From a virus, in the IMG/VR virus record IMGVR_UViG_3300032242_001280: a DNA stretch of 64,000 nucleotides, one strand, 5' to 3'. A program made the translations under genes and the position numbers. Positions 50,301 to 58,187 of the stretch are shown here, in pieces. How positions within the stretch are numbered: position 1 is the stretch's first letter; each line of letters starts with the position of its first letter. The notes beneath the pieces are model-generated. The model searched no databases. It was not told the DNA's origin and was given only the letters and a program-made list of their open reading frames with translations.

Positions 50301-53039
50301 TATATTTTAAATACAGGTGTTCATACTATTGAAGTTACTAATCCAGGAACTGGCTATACGCATGCGGTAGCTAAAATTTATGGTCGTGGTTCGGGTGCCG
50401 CTGCTTCAGTAATATTGGGTAATAGTCCTGTTCGTCTGCTTAATACTAATATTAAGTTTGATAGATATACATATTTTAACAATATATCTGATTGGAAATC
50501 AAATAAACTTTACACTGTTGATACGGTTGTTGTTAATGGCGCAGAACCATATAGAGTAATTACTGCTCATACGAGCGGAACAACTTTTGACTTTACGAAG
50601 TTTGCGCTATTAAGAGTAAAAGTATGGTACCCATATACCGAATATGCCGTTAACGATATAGTAATCTATCAAAATACTAGCTATAAAGCAATTAATACAT
50701 TTACAAGTATTGAATTGTTTGATACTAATAACTTGGTTAGTTATAATGGGTTATGGTTAGACAATGCTGCTGATCGCATTTGGGCATATTATTCTCCTAT
50801 GTCTGGTATGGCAGGTCGCGATCTTGCTCAGATAATGATTGGTATGGAATATGGTGGCGTAAATGTTAAAGGACCAAACTTTGATCAAACCCCAGGATAT
50901 GATGTTAATAACTTTGATAGTATAGAATATGATTTAAGAACACAAGATGCTGGCGGCGTGTTTGATGATTATGGTGCACAAGCTGAAGATACCTATATCC
51001 AAAGCGCATTTACTGACACTGGGCTTGGCTTGCGTCCATCAGATATTATTGTTTTAGGTGGCGAGTTTGTTGACAAATACTCAAGCAATGCACCAGAGGA
51101 ATTAATTCCTGGAATAATTAACGATACCCTTGATATCAAGATTAAAACATTGCCTGTTAATTCTGGCAGTGGTGACATAATGATATTCACCAACCAATAT
51201 AGTGTTACCAATAGTTTTAGTTTTGATCCAGCAATTACAGGCGTTGCTTGGCCAATCGGCGGAATTGAAAAATTCTTTATCATTGATAGAATAGCAGGAC
51301 CAATTGCCGAAGGCGTAGATTATACTGTTAATTGGCAAAATAAAACTATTAATTTAAATTACAATGTTAATACTACTACATTTTTCTATTGTATAATGAT
51401 GGGAAGTAATGGAACAAATCCGCTATTTGACCAAGATTATACTGCAGATGGTATTCAAACAGATTTTGTAATTCCAGATAGTATTCTAAACACAGTTCAA
51501 CAAGCATATGTCAAGGTAAATGGAAGCGCAGTTAGTAACTGGGTACTAGTCAATAAGTTATTAAATGGAATTAATACATTAGCTGTTAGATTTGATACCG
51601 CTCCTGTGGCTGGCTCATATATTCAAGTTCACCTGTACTCAGTTGCTGTTGGAACTCGTGCCTATACAGAAATTACTGAACAAACATTTATAACTAGCGC
51701 AACACCTAATTATCCAGCAGATTATACATATGTGTTTAGCAATCCTGAAGAATATCAAGAACCACTAAGTGCGTATTCAATCGTAAGACTTAATGCGTCA
51801 GATTTGATTCCTCCACAGCAAAGTTATTATGTTGGTGATGCGGTGACAACTGCATTTAGCTTAACACGAACATATATTCCAGACACATATGTCGGCGCTA
51901 CTATTGAAATTGAGTTAGCAAACTATGTAGCAACTATATCACCAACAGCAATTTTAGTAATCATAGATGGTGTTGTTCAAAGATACAATATTGATTATAC
52001 TATTAGTGCAGATGGAATAAACATGCCAATAGTAGTATTCACTGCTGCGCCAGCATTGAATAGTAAAATTACTATCAGCGATTCAAGTAATAGTGATTAT
52101 ACAATTTATGGTGGAAACAATCTTATCTTAAATCAAAATATAGTGTTAAACCCAAACAGTGTAATAACTGTTCTTACTAGAGGAAATCATGATCCTAGTC
52201 AAGTGTATACTAAGATTTTCAGTGGCAACGCAAGTAATTCAATTGTTGATATTGATTTAGGTTATGATGGTATTGGATTTGATGATAGTGGATTTGATAA
52301 TGAGTTAAGCACAAATGTTTCAAACGCCATTTATACATTGCCGTTTGCTGTAACAAACATTAATCAAGTATATGTTACTCTTAAATCGCCAGGCACAACT
52401 GGCGGACGACCATTGCTGCCATATTATGATTACAATCTTGTTTCTCCAACTAAGTTGGCGATGAGCAACAGTTTAGGATTATATACTAATAGTACTGTTA
52501 TTGTTAGAATTTATGGCAGTACTATTCGCGAAACGACAGTTGAGTTTAGAATATTCAAAGATATTAATAACAATACAAGATACTATGCTGTAAGACCAAG
52601 CCGTGTAACTCGTTTAAGCAAAGTGTTAAATCCTACTGATGAGTGGGTATATGTTGAAAGTGTAGCCAACTTGCAAAGTCCCAACCCAAAAACTAACATT
52701 GCTGGCGCAATTTTAGTCAATGGTGAAAGAATTACATATGGCACAGTTGATACGGTAAACAATCGTTTAGGAAATATTCGCAGAGGAACAGCAGGAACTG
52801 GCGCAAGTATCCATGAAGTAGGAAGCCAAGTTGACGATGTTGGTTCAACGCTTATCATACCAAACAGCAGTGATAAAGTTATTACTGTAGATCATGACAC
52901 TTATATAACTAATAGTGCTGGAACAAATGTGCTAGTACCTGCAAATGGAACTCTTATGCAAGGAAAAATGTTTATCAATCCTAGCGAAAGTTTACAGACT
53001 AGCTTAACTCAACAAGCAAAGTTTATAAGAGAACCTTAA
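38304..53039 (+). CDS. Giant (4911-aa) baseplate/virion structural protein at the gp7-like position
   Basis: Uninterrupted ORF after gp6; FFNEVKPFHTK motif, FG-GAP-like propeller repeats, CBM5/12-like W...Y..GDIV modules and beta-rich repeats. Confidence 0.75.
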   Translation: MAKRRSIDFLPSVFRTKTNQRFLNATVDQLIQEPSLKKIYGYIGQQDQSSVFRPSDYYINENDSYSQFYQLEPGVVIKKRQKNSNTFTIDNIYNYPDLLNQLVSSGAITNDHQRLFSNRYYSYNGFVDLDKLTNYRQYYWVPTGPLPVDVTASGISLIKEFNVHRISYTANNQTELQSASIGQSGYVIDGYENIVNPTITLQRGGRYTFNLGQKGHKFYIQSEIGTSGVSVVQANINTRDVLGVSNNGSESGTLIFNVPLKTAQDSLISLDTIQNIDMIAHVPYNAMQGQNYDTFIQNYNLDGVKAFSTITLSIDWPFNDGDWLDVPVNQRSGIWQVTIDNNKFLPDGVTNNPNYRNMSLVYLNDWAENTKTFVNQGDKYGHTYVYRNSNGVITQFPTITAPLSTLYYQDADNPLIYGEIRLVDPIPGTFLNINDIIGHDQYTSPNGIKFSSGLKVKFTGVTFPTEYQNNEYIVEGVGTSIKLLKYNELVTPEIINQNVGDVFGSDTIGFDDSNFDGTINAPTQKDYVTINRSSADGNSWSRNNRWFHREVLQYAADKSNQIWNFDAAQQAQRPIVEFIPNLKLFDYGTNYAGAVTVFDSNTTDAFFQIEGQNNYALIKNGKYVSDNRLLQNGQTVIFLNDVDPNVRKTIYQVQSIRPRSSATYNLPTIATSHAGTNTIFLADVGNIKVNQKVTSSLIQQTQPAFTTTASQTSFFCNLISNLGDFDAYYFNVYLNNVLQTNNVDYSVTYQQSVYYTGSSLVTSTVNTINSNNNINLPTIATTYATVVSGSNIISINSGSGIVNGQAISGTGIPVGTTVISGGGTSSLTLSNTCTQSLTSVTVTTYANIQSGQVIVDNGGIFQNGTTVISGGGTQTLQLSKVATATASGVAINVYQASSSYYNPTINFLNKVINSYSFVSTAGQTAYGLVNTSISATTNYRYDVYVNGTLKTITSDYTVSADVNGHPIINLNSAPITGSAVVINNVVTGPATGTTVLVEYIPLSTPILPNTTVTSIDSVNNIVYISTAINSDIAAGLYLTFDNSSDQIHLVPVKQVSDGDNVIAMEGEINQGNVYFYDSGVWNLAQLRNSRPQFPLFDVIDINGFSLSDTTVYPSSNFRGSKLFGYAIGNLTSITDTVLGFPLVRQSVGNIGDIVFENYYITDTFNYNLNFKDNITNVSTGFVARINYWKNYFFENGWTVVSDKSKQYITKIFTANEAKKNNFDLELVYKHSYYENNIFVYVNGIVVPSTAYTVQINNITTTIKFNTDLAAGDRLFVKINGVSNIFKQNYTMPKNITNNSENLNFNTITLGQIRNHLIEIGNNCLNLNGEPAGSNNFRDINYSNIGGKLLQHSSSLRQASLLLANPDVDPVRAITYSENNYQNFKNQLIDLINNKEFPDPKDARGSLDLILSDFIKLTNTNSTFYYTDMLATGSQYITNSYTIQDTTYRSFNLTNTYANKKSSYNAVLVYLTNKLYGTRQLLVNGVDYTINNFTVTISSTVSISRLDTISIYEYASTLGCNVPATPSKLGLYPKFVPQKILDDTYYTPQHMIIGHDGSYNLAWNDYRDDILLEYEKRVFNNIAVDYQNNSDYSLVSVVPGAFRVTDYSIVEWTQLLSGSYLSWSGQNNVDIFTNNNNTNSLFGFNYSKATDKLFGQTLPGYWRGIYNYFYDTDKPHTNPWEMLGFTEKPKWWDNRYGVAPYTSQNITLWGDLELGLIYNGAPNKSYIDSKYTRTGLNQIIPVDEHGNLLPPLKSLIAEYDSRTANDNWRVGDQSPAETAWRRSSSYPFAMQIAWFLAKPAEYCALNYNSRDVVYNELLGQIINQKTNTRIFDYGITSASEFVPGFNVWVRDLLTSNNLDVTYNWLDIAMNSSFNLVYKMSGYTDKSYLTVVADQVSPASTNNSVLIPPENYKIKVTKSAPIGRAIYSAVIVQKTSTGYQISGFDKIRPYFLTIPSKASGNSYGLTVGQLTGIIYKDAQDTVTSFPYGTIFSTHQQVVDFLISYGRYLINQGFIFNDLLADNQTVSDWTLAAKEFLFWDQQNWGNNTVIGLTPTGTSVNYSNVFGVVDKITNDQSYTKVIDSDGTTLTGRDYRVYRDDNNFSISLKNPQKGIHLLDIFIVQYEHCLVFDNSTVFNDILYDEQVGSRQFRLRLDGVKTQGWNGSLYAPGFLVNYSDVANWTSYTDYYTGDIVLFKNQYYAARNFIPGAVKFNSTDWYKISGDLLKKQLIPNMTSNAAQFTNFYDPDTADLNTSADIQSKHATGFQDRQYFTNLGLDRTSQYKFYLGMITQKGTQAVLNAFLRNQQKNIDSEIAVSEQWAIKLGNYGGTNNVDKLDFNIGNSKAINNQYLFEFIDQYDTANNELNSIKPSDLFLAPRTYNANIFAQTEYQKPIVSTAGPVNITDATASVYDINKIYNISNLSNILGESSKIWIAADSENKWGVYRLTQTSRVNVTGVNQTGSTEITFSTDIPHGLNTFDYVMIKGAKIVASTGTSGVIDLSGFYRVSNIPNAVSFSVKIVNNTTISSGKLSAPMFKLINVRFGTVNDFANFTPTRGWQDSEVVYIDNGPSGYQVLQNTDSWKFTETRSPVFTKPSDLYGSSIKVNFTQSFAAVGAAGKNTTGQVFIYGKNQENVWQELGILTPEARSSGFGSAVDVNNNNIVVASAPSSNKGSVYTAIANSQAISVNQIIHYDNIYITTSTPVTPYGNSAILVDSSYGLANFAAGMRVVGANIASGTVISNLTTGFPYNVIGISSNLAVTSSTIAGGANIAIYPTLNANSALGTSLCASTDGNWLFVGEPTLQRVFVYKYQIVNPSNSNRVGDGYTTIFSYPPTAYRMNLGPLDIKVYVSGKQLVPYLDYIRNPDGTDSIAFNTAPANGAAISIVYENYFQEVNQIVTDDPTVSGFGSSVSCSYDGREVVIGAPYSNSAFDITYKNSGKAFVYERTVENFISDGISSTFNLSNAFVGSDTITTANLVTYPTVTVDGVATAATFSYANNSVTLSSVPSPDSIVAVSTNQFIITKIATSDSGQVGSNFGQVVQMSRDSQTLYVSAPGWNYTSYQNGAVFAFVNMPKRCGIATGTNTNVNMAANLQLRINDFLVTFTGGNAAQCVKDINNANVIGVTASLTPTSTVQIVSNDQVAVNKLRLRNEYGDPLTAMGIVSWQLTQKLFSPIIQDSERFGEKLSLSPDSKTVVVGTTLSNNKITTTFDASKTTFDINTIRIIDTVHTSGSAHIFEYIAGKSNKIADMGSLVYAKLLTQPNISSLDKFSTGVDVSDNFIFVGSPNSKILGNQTGAMYIYYNANSAPVWNTIREPSTATDSRMIDRVYIYNSATSKLIADLPVLDILHNRLPISAESYIDYTINYDPAVYSNVPSTVSFSVDKKNNWGEEQVGKLWWDTNSIKYFDNSHGSNLEKFNRWGQAFPVSSVAIYEWIESSLLPKDWAAAYPLNPPLYTVNDVYSTKTVVDHSTGLVTTKYYFWVRNSTRVDSNNVRPSAFEIQTAISQPKLSAEPFAAVISSNSIALYNITNLINVDTNLVIEYKNTIKPQLIHNEWTMFDDGTDLGIAPEFINKINDSLSGQDYSGRVIPDPTLSIGQKYGMDIRPRQSLFSDQYTARKLYIEKLNEICMKYPMVLTRKSAVQALNVGEALPLHYTYVTSVANLTELGYLDTNIYNAGDLVLVVNDSNAKNGWSLYKLNVEFPNTRTWSIYQVQTYNVNDYWSYADWYSDKYNPEFNITYTIDTENQIGSLNLNVNDLIYIKNSNTTGWKIVLVNINGLELIGQENATIQFSSTLYDQISSGQGFQTSSLETVGFASDSNLEFSVIFGIVRDLLLVNEYRVDWKSILRLLIDTIATQHLQTDWLMKTSFVDIYHRVRGLDPLPVYLPQPESIVTDFFNEVKPFHTKLKQYVAKYDNNNNIDYAYSSLTDFDLQPYYNTAISKYRSPQLNNSLDTKILNTQSLYQPWKNHHTYQILRIDVSANGTGYTGSTTVVIEGDGTGATAKAYILNTGVHTIEVTNPGTGYTHAVAKIYGRGSGAAASVILGNSPVRLLNTNIKFDRYTYFNNISDWKSNKLYTVDTVVVNGAEPYRVITAHTSGTTFDFTKFALLRVKVWYPYTEYAVNDIVIYQNTSYKAINTFTSIELFDTNNLVSYNGLWLDNAADRIWAYYSPMSGMAGRDLAQIMIGMEYGGVNVKGPNFDQTPGYDVNNFDSIEYDLRTQDAGGVFDDYGAQAEDTYIQSAFTDTGLGLRPSDIIVLGGEFVDKYSSNAPEELIPGIINDTLDIKIKTLPVNSGSGDIMIFTNQYSVTNSFSFDPAITGVAWPIGGIEKFFIIDRIAGPIAEGVDYTVNWQNKTINLNYNVNTTTFFYCIMMGSNGTNPLFDQDYTADGIQTDFVIPDSILNTVQQAYVKVNGSAVSNWVLVNKLLNGINTLAVRFDTAPVAGSYIQVHLYSVAVGTRAYTEITEQTFITSATPNYPADYTYVFSNPEEYQEPLSAYSIVRLNASDLIPPQQSYYVGDAVTTAFSLTRTYIPDTYVGATIEIELANYVATISPTAILVIIDGVVQRYNIDYTISADGINMPIVVFTAAPALNSKITISDSSNSDYTIYGGNNLILNQNIVLNPNSVITVLTRGNHDPSQVYTKIFSGNASNSIVDIDLGYDGIGFDDSGFDNELSTNVSNAIYTLPFAVTNINQVYVTLKSPGTTGGRPLLPYYDYNLVSPTKLAMSNSLGLYTNSTVIVRIYGSTIRETTVEFRIFKDINNNTRYYAVRPSRVTRLSKVLNPTDEWVYVESVANLQSPNPKTNIAGAILVNGERITYGTVDTVNNRLGNIRRGTAGTGASIHEVGSQVDDVGSTLIIPNSSDKVITVDHDTYITNSAGTNVLVPANGTLMQGKMFINPSESLQTSLTQQAKFIREP

Positions 53040-53726
53040 ATGAATAATATACCAAAAGATAAACCAATAAATAATACCAATGAAACCGTCAGGGAAAAAC
53101 CAATGACTAAGCCAAACGAACAAACTGGTCTCTTGCTTCAGGGACATATTAAAATACATGATCCTACAACAGGTGAAGTTTTCATAAACAAGCGCAATGC
53201 AATTCACTATGAAAATTTTTCATTGGCACTTGCACAAAGTATTTCAGATGTTGGTCAAGGATTAATTGAAGGAATGGCGTTTGGTAATGGCGGAACTTCA
53301 GTAGACCCAACTGGCGTAATAACTTATCTTCCAACTAATACTAGTGGCAGTAACAGTAGTTTATATAATCAAACATTTTATAAAGTAGTTGATGGAAATA
53401 GTGCGTTTAATCTTGATCCTACACGCAATAATATTCAAATTCGTCATACAACTGGCACTGTTTATAGCGATATTTTCATCACTTGTACGCTAGATTATGG
53501 TGAGCCAAGCGGTCAACAAGCATTTGATAATACTACTAACTTTAATGATAGTTTTGTATTTGACGAGCTTGGATTAAAAGTTTCTAACGGCAGCGGAACT
53601 ACCAACACTGGAAATTTAATTACTCATGTTGTTTTCCATCCTATTCAAAAAAGTCTTAATCGCTTGATCCAAGTAGACTATACAGTTCGTGTTCAAACAC
53701 TTACTAACCTAACATCGCAGGTATAA
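53040..53726 (+). CDS. Virion structural protein (baseplate/fibre attachment)
   Basis: GHIKIHDP..GE, NAIHYEN, FDELGL and HPIQKSLNR motifs; late-operon context. Confidence 0.65.
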   Translation: MNNIPKDKPINNTNETVREKPMTKPNEQTGLLLQGHIKIHDPTTGEVFINKRNAIHYENFSLALAQSISDVGQGLIEGMAFGNGGTSVDPTGVITYLPTNTSGSNSSLYNQTFYKVVDGNSAFNLDPTRNNIQIRHTTGTVYSDIFITCTLDYGEPSGQQAFDNTTNFNDSFVFDELGLKVSNGSGTTNTGNLITHVVFHPIQKSLNRLIQVDYTVRVQTLTNLTSQV

Positions 53727-53729
53727 CCA

Positions 53730-54671
53730 ATGACATTTTATATTAAGAAAACAAATGGAACAGCACTTGCGTCAATAGCAGATGGTACTATCAATAATAC
53801 TACTACATCGATAACTCTAGTTGGCAAAAATTTTCCAACATATGGCCAGTTATTAAATCAAAATTTAGTTAGTATGTTAGAAAATTTTGCCAACACTATA
53901 AGTCCAAATCCTGCACTAACTGGTCAGCTATGGTACAATAGTTCTGCCAATACATTGCAATATTATCGTGCTGGAACAGCAAGTAACTACTGGCAAAATT
54001 TAGCAAATATTACATATAGTTCAACTACGCCAACCGCTGTTCAGCAGAATGATCTTTGGTGGGATACTGCAAACCAACAATTAAAATATTATGATAATTT
54101 TCAGTGGATTACTATTGGTCCACAAACAACAAATGATGGAATGAATCGCGTCAGCGGAACAAACAGTTTTATTGTACAGATTGGTGGTAACAATGTGTTT
54201 ACTGTAGATGCTTATGGTCGTGTAAATGCTGCATATAATCCAGTGGTTCAAGGCACAGGAAATTCTGCTTCTGCTCAATTTGTTGGCACTGGGTTATTGT
54301 ACCCAATAACTTGGATTCCAAATATTACAGTTAATGTCGGTGCTTATTTTAATGGTAGCACTGGTGTTTTCACTTGTCCAGCCAACGGCATTTATCAAGT
54401 TTCTGCAACCGTTGTAAGTTTAGGATATCCTAGCGCAACAGTAACCTCAACTCAGCGGATAGATTGGTTAAAAAATCAAAGCACTACTGGCATAGGTGCA
54501 AGAGTAAAACACCAAAATATTTTGTCTTCTAGCACTACTGCCTTTCCAATGACTGCATCTGGTTATATTTCATGTAACGCAAATGATACTTTGCAGTTGA
54601 CTGCTTCAGCGGATTCTGGCGGGGTTATAGACTACCTTGATAGCAGTATGAGCATTCGGCTAGTAGCCTAA
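53730..54671 (+). CDS. Short tail-fibre-like protein with a C-terminal C1q-like domain
   Basis: Shared fibre N-terminus (TSITLVGKNF..YG...LENFA...GQLWY); NVGAYFNGSTGVFTCPANGIYQV is C1q-like. Confidence 0.7.
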   Translation: MTFYIKKTNGTALASIADGTINNTTTSITLVGKNFPTYGQLLNQNLVSMLENFANTISPNPALTGQLWYNSSANTLQYYRAGTASNYWQNLANITYSSTTPTAVQQNDLWWDTANQQLKYYDNFQWITIGPQTTNDGMNRVSGTNSFIVQIGGNNVFTVDAYGRVNAAYNPVVQGTGNSASAQFVGTGLLYPITWIPNITVNVGAYFNGSTGVFTCPANGIYQVSATVVSLGYPSATVTSTQRIDWLKNQSTTGIGARVKHQNILSSSTTAFPMTASGYISCNANDTLQLTASADSGGVIDYLDSSMSIRLVA

Positions 54672-54675
54672 GCCC

Positions 54676-54683
54676 TATAAATA
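54676..54683 (+). promoter_or_regulatory. Canonical T4 late promoter TATAAATA
   Basis: Exact octamer 18 nt upstream of ATG 54702; TAAATA also at 34874, 58163 and 62642. Confidence 0.8.
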
Positions 54684-54701
54684 CATTTAGGAAGTTAAAT
54701 T

Positions 54702-57700
54702 ATGAGTTATAATGTTTATAAGACCGATGGCAATCTGCTTACAACAGTAAATGATGGCGCTATTAATAACAAAACCTCATTGAATCTGGTAGGCATTGGA
54801 TACGAGCCATATGCTGAATCCATTGCCGAAAGTCTTGTGCATCTGATGGAAAATTTTAGCAGCTTAACGCCACCAACTTCGCCAATAATTGGTCAACTTT
54901 GGTGGGACGCTGTAAATCATAAACTTAACATCTATGATGGTACTGTTTTCAAGGCAATTAATAACATTAATGTCAGTGCAACTACACCAATAAGCAATAC
55001 CTTTGGTGATTATTGGTATGATACAGTAAGCCAGCAATTAAAATTTTATACACTTACTGGTTGGTTAGTTATTGCACCAGCATACACCGTAAACCAAGGC
55101 GTTAGTGGACAGATTGTTAATACGCTAACTGATACCCAAGGGTTATCTCATACTGTAACCAGCTTATATAATGCTAATAACTTAATTGCTGCAATAGTAG
55201 CTGAACCATTTTCAACTTATAATTTGCCTGGTTTATATACCGTACAAAACGGTATAAACCTAGCTGCTGGTTACGAATTAAATGGTACAGTAAGTATTGC
55301 TAGAGAATCACTTGGTCTAACTGCAAATGCTGATGTAACTTATATGCGCAGTAATTCTAATACCAGTACCATCGGAACAATAACCGTTAACAACGACGGT
55401 GGTTTGGTAATAGGTAATTCTTCTATTTTAAATATTCAAAAACAAGTAGGTGGCAATGCCTTAGATACTATTAGATTACATACAGTAACTGGAAATTTAA
55501 GACTTACTGCGGGTGACGCAGAAGCTGGCGGTGCTGATTTATATATAACGAATACAGGAAAATATGGCTTTGGTGACCGAAACCCATATTATACCGTGGG
55601 AATTTCTGGTGATCTTGGGTTAAGTGGTAACATTTGGCAAATTGCAGGTGGCAATAACGGAATATACTGGGATACAACCGTTGGTACTAGTATATCACAC
55701 GGTACCCAATATTACCCTAATGGAAATGTAAGTCTTAGTCAATTAGTGTTGCAGCATGGTTCATCAATTATAAATTTAACAGAAAATGGTACCATTGGTA
55801 TCACTGGCCCTATTATATATGGAAATACACAGGCGCAGGGTCCAGTATATGTTTATAATAGTGTATACGCGCAAGGAATAAATGCGCCAACTATAGGAAA
55901 TAGCAGTACTACATTTAACGGTTTTAATTCAATAACTCAGTATGGTTCTGTTACTTCTTTACTTAAAGCATATGCTATTAATGGCGCTACGATTGGAAAC
56001 AGTGGCGCAGTAATCACTGGCGATAGTCTTACTACAAATACTATCAATGCTGGTTTAATTGGAAATTCTAGCAGTACTCAGTTGCAAGGAACATTAATTA
56101 CCGCTGCTCAAGGAAATATCACCAGTCTTGGGCTGTTAACTGGCTTAACAAGCGTTGGAACTATTAAAGCAGCAACAATGAATGCTGGCGTTATTGGTAA
56201 TACAGGTGCTGCATTTAGCGGTGCCACTGCAACTCTTACTGGTGCAGTAGCAGCAAACACTTATACTGGTGTTGCAATCAATGCTGGTACAATTGGTAAC
56301 GCAGGTGCAGCTATTATTGGTGCCACTGTCACCACTACTGGTTTAATTTCAACAACTGGTACCGCAACTGCTTCTATAATGAACGCTGGCACTTTAAATG
56401 CTACGACTATAAATGCAACACAAGAATCAGTGACAACATTAAATGCTGGAACTTTAATAACCTCTCCACTAGTACAGGCTGCTACTATAGGAAATAGTGG
56501 TGCTGCTATTGTTGGAGCTACTTCAACAATGTCTGGCGCAAGCAAAGCTGCAAGTTATACTACTACTGGCGGTGGACAATTATCAGGATATTTTACAGGC
56601 GTTATTGGAGCAAATGTTCCAAATGTAGCTTTTTTTACCACAGTAACTGTTAGCAGTAATCATACTACACAAGGAGTGGCTGCTGCTCCTACTATTAATG
56701 CAGCTAGCATTGGTAACGCAGGTACTGCATATACTGGATCAACCTTATCTCTTACTAATTCAGTTACTGCACCAACTCTTACTGGAGCAACTATTCAAGG
56801 CGTAACCGTTACTGGCGCAACTATTGGTAATACAGGTGCAGTATTTACTGGTGCAAGTGAAACTTTAACTGATTCTGTAACCGTACCAACATTAAATGCT
56901 GGTCAAATAAATGCAAGTACAGTGGGTAATGCAACTACTACACATACTGGTGTAAGTGCAACATTAACAGGCGCAGTTACAGTTCCTACGCTAAATGCTG
57001 GTCAAATAAATGCAAGAACAGTAGGTAATGCAACAACAACTTATAGCGGTGTAAGTGCAACATTAACAGGCGCAGTTACAGTTCCTACGCTAAATGCTGG
57101 TCAAATAAATGCAAGAACAGTAGGTAATGCAACAACAACTTATAGCGGTGTAAGTGCAATTCTAACAGGTGCAATTAGTACCAGTGGTCCTGTAAGTGCT
57201 CCTGTGATTTATGCTGGCATATTTGGTAATTCTGAAGCAACATTTACTGGCGAAAGTGCTACTTTTAGCAATGATATTACCATCGGTGGATATGCATATG
57301 CAAGTAGAAGACCTACTCAAGACGCACACCTTGCTAACAAAGAATATGTAGACGAGGAGACTGAAGGAAGACGGCTTCCTATTGGCGCGATTATACTGTG
57401 GTATGGCAGAGGAGATGATGTTCCGGGTGGATGGCGTTTATGTGATGGAACAGGCGGCACACCAGATTTGCGTAATAGATTTGTTATGGGCGCTGATCTT
57501 GAAGAAGGTCCTGGAGGAGTAAGAAACGGAGATACTGGTGGTATTAATTCAATTTCAACGACTACTGCTAGTGCAGGTGGACACTTCCATACTGCAAGTA
57601 CTACTAGTACTGGTGTTCATTCCCATAGCATAACAATTAATGGCATACCTGCTCACACTCACGATTTCTATGATGTTTATGGTTTTGACGATGACGATGG

Positions 57701-58157
57701 CGGCGGAGGAAGCGTTGGTAATTATAATATAATTAACGGTGTTCCAACATATTATCCTTATAATCCTGCATCTGGCATAGGACTTACTCCAAGTGCATTA
57801 GTAAACAGACCATCTGTGCCAACAACTTTGTTAAGGGATGCCGATGGAAAGCTTGTTCAGCCATCTCTATATTATAGTAAAGGCAGTCCACAAGGAAACG
57901 GCTATGAGTTTTTCTTTCAAAATAATGAAGGCAGCACAGACCCTTCATTTAGCGGTGGTCAAGATGCTGCTACCTTTGCATTTAAAAACCGCACTCTTTC
58001 AACAGGTACTGGCGCTGGCGTAACCGCAACTACTGATGCTGGTGGTGCGCATAACCATACTAGTGTGACAGATACTGCGGAAGCACATACACATGGTATA
58101 TCTTTTGATAATAGACCAGCTTTCATGGCAATTGCCTACATAATGCGAATATCATAA
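54702..58157 (+). CDS. Tail fibre with collar domain and HxH metal-binding tip
   Basis: PIGAIILW...GWRLCDG...TPDLRNRF collar; HFH, HSH, HTH, HNH and HTH motifs; ends NRPAFMAIAYIMR. Confidence 0.85.
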   Translation: MSYNVYKTDGNLLTTVNDGAINNKTSLNLVGIGYEPYAESIAESLVHLMENFSSLTPPTSPIIGQLWWDAVNHKLNIYDGTVFKAINNINVSATTPISNTFGDYWYDTVSQQLKFYTLTGWLVIAPAYTVNQGVSGQIVNTLTDTQGLSHTVTSLYNANNLIAAIVAEPFSTYNLPGLYTVQNGINLAAGYELNGTVSIARESLGLTANADVTYMRSNSNTSTIGTITVNNDGGLVIGNSSILNIQKQVGGNALDTIRLHTVTGNLRLTAGDAEAGGADLYITNTGKYGFGDRNPYYTVGISGDLGLSGNIWQIAGGNNGIYWDTTVGTSISHGTQYYPNGNVSLSQLVLQHGSSIINLTENGTIGITGPIIYGNTQAQGPVYVYNSVYAQGINAPTIGNSSTTFNGFNSITQYGSVTSLLKAYAINGATIGNSGAVITGDSLTTNTINAGLIGNSSSTQLQGTLITAAQGNITSLGLLTGLTSVGTIKAATMNAGVIGNTGAAFSGATATLTGAVAANTYTGVAINAGTIGNAGAAIIGATVTTTGLISTTGTATASIMNAGTLNATTINATQESVTTLNAGTLITSPLVQAATIGNSGAAIVGATSTMSGASKAASYTTTGGGQLSGYFTGVIGANVPNVAFFTTVTVSSNHTTQGVAAAPTINAASIGNAGTAYTGSTLSLTNSVTAPTLTGATIQGVTVTGATIGNTGAVFTGASETLTDSVTVPTLNAGQINASTVGNATTTHTGVSATLTGAVTVPTLNAGQINARTVGNATTTYSGVSATLTGAVTVPTLNAGQINARTVGNATTTYSGVSAILTGAISTSGPVSAPVIYAGIFGNSEATFTGESATFSNDITIGGYAYASRRPTQDAHLANKEYVDEETEGRRLPIGAIILWYGRGDDVPGGWRLCDGTGGTPDLRNRFVMGADLEEGPGGVRNGDTGGINSISTTTASAGGHFHTASTTSTGVHSHSITINGIPAHTHDFYDVYGFDDDDGGGGSVGNYNIINGVPTYYPYNPASGIGLTPSALVNRPSVPTTLLRDADGKLVQPSLYYSKGSPQGNGYEFFFQNNEGSTDPSFSGGQDAATFAFKNRTLSTGTGAGVTATTDAGGAHNHTSVTDTAEAHTHGISFDNRPAFMAIAYIMRIS
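56952..57159 (+). repeat. Perfect 99-bp (33-aa) tandem duplication
   Basis: 56952-57050 is identical to 57051-57149; unit VSATLTGAVTVPTLNAGQINARTVGNATTTYSG. Confidence 0.95.
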
Positions 58158-58187
58158 TCTGCTAAATATTTCTGTTGGTGGATTAAT

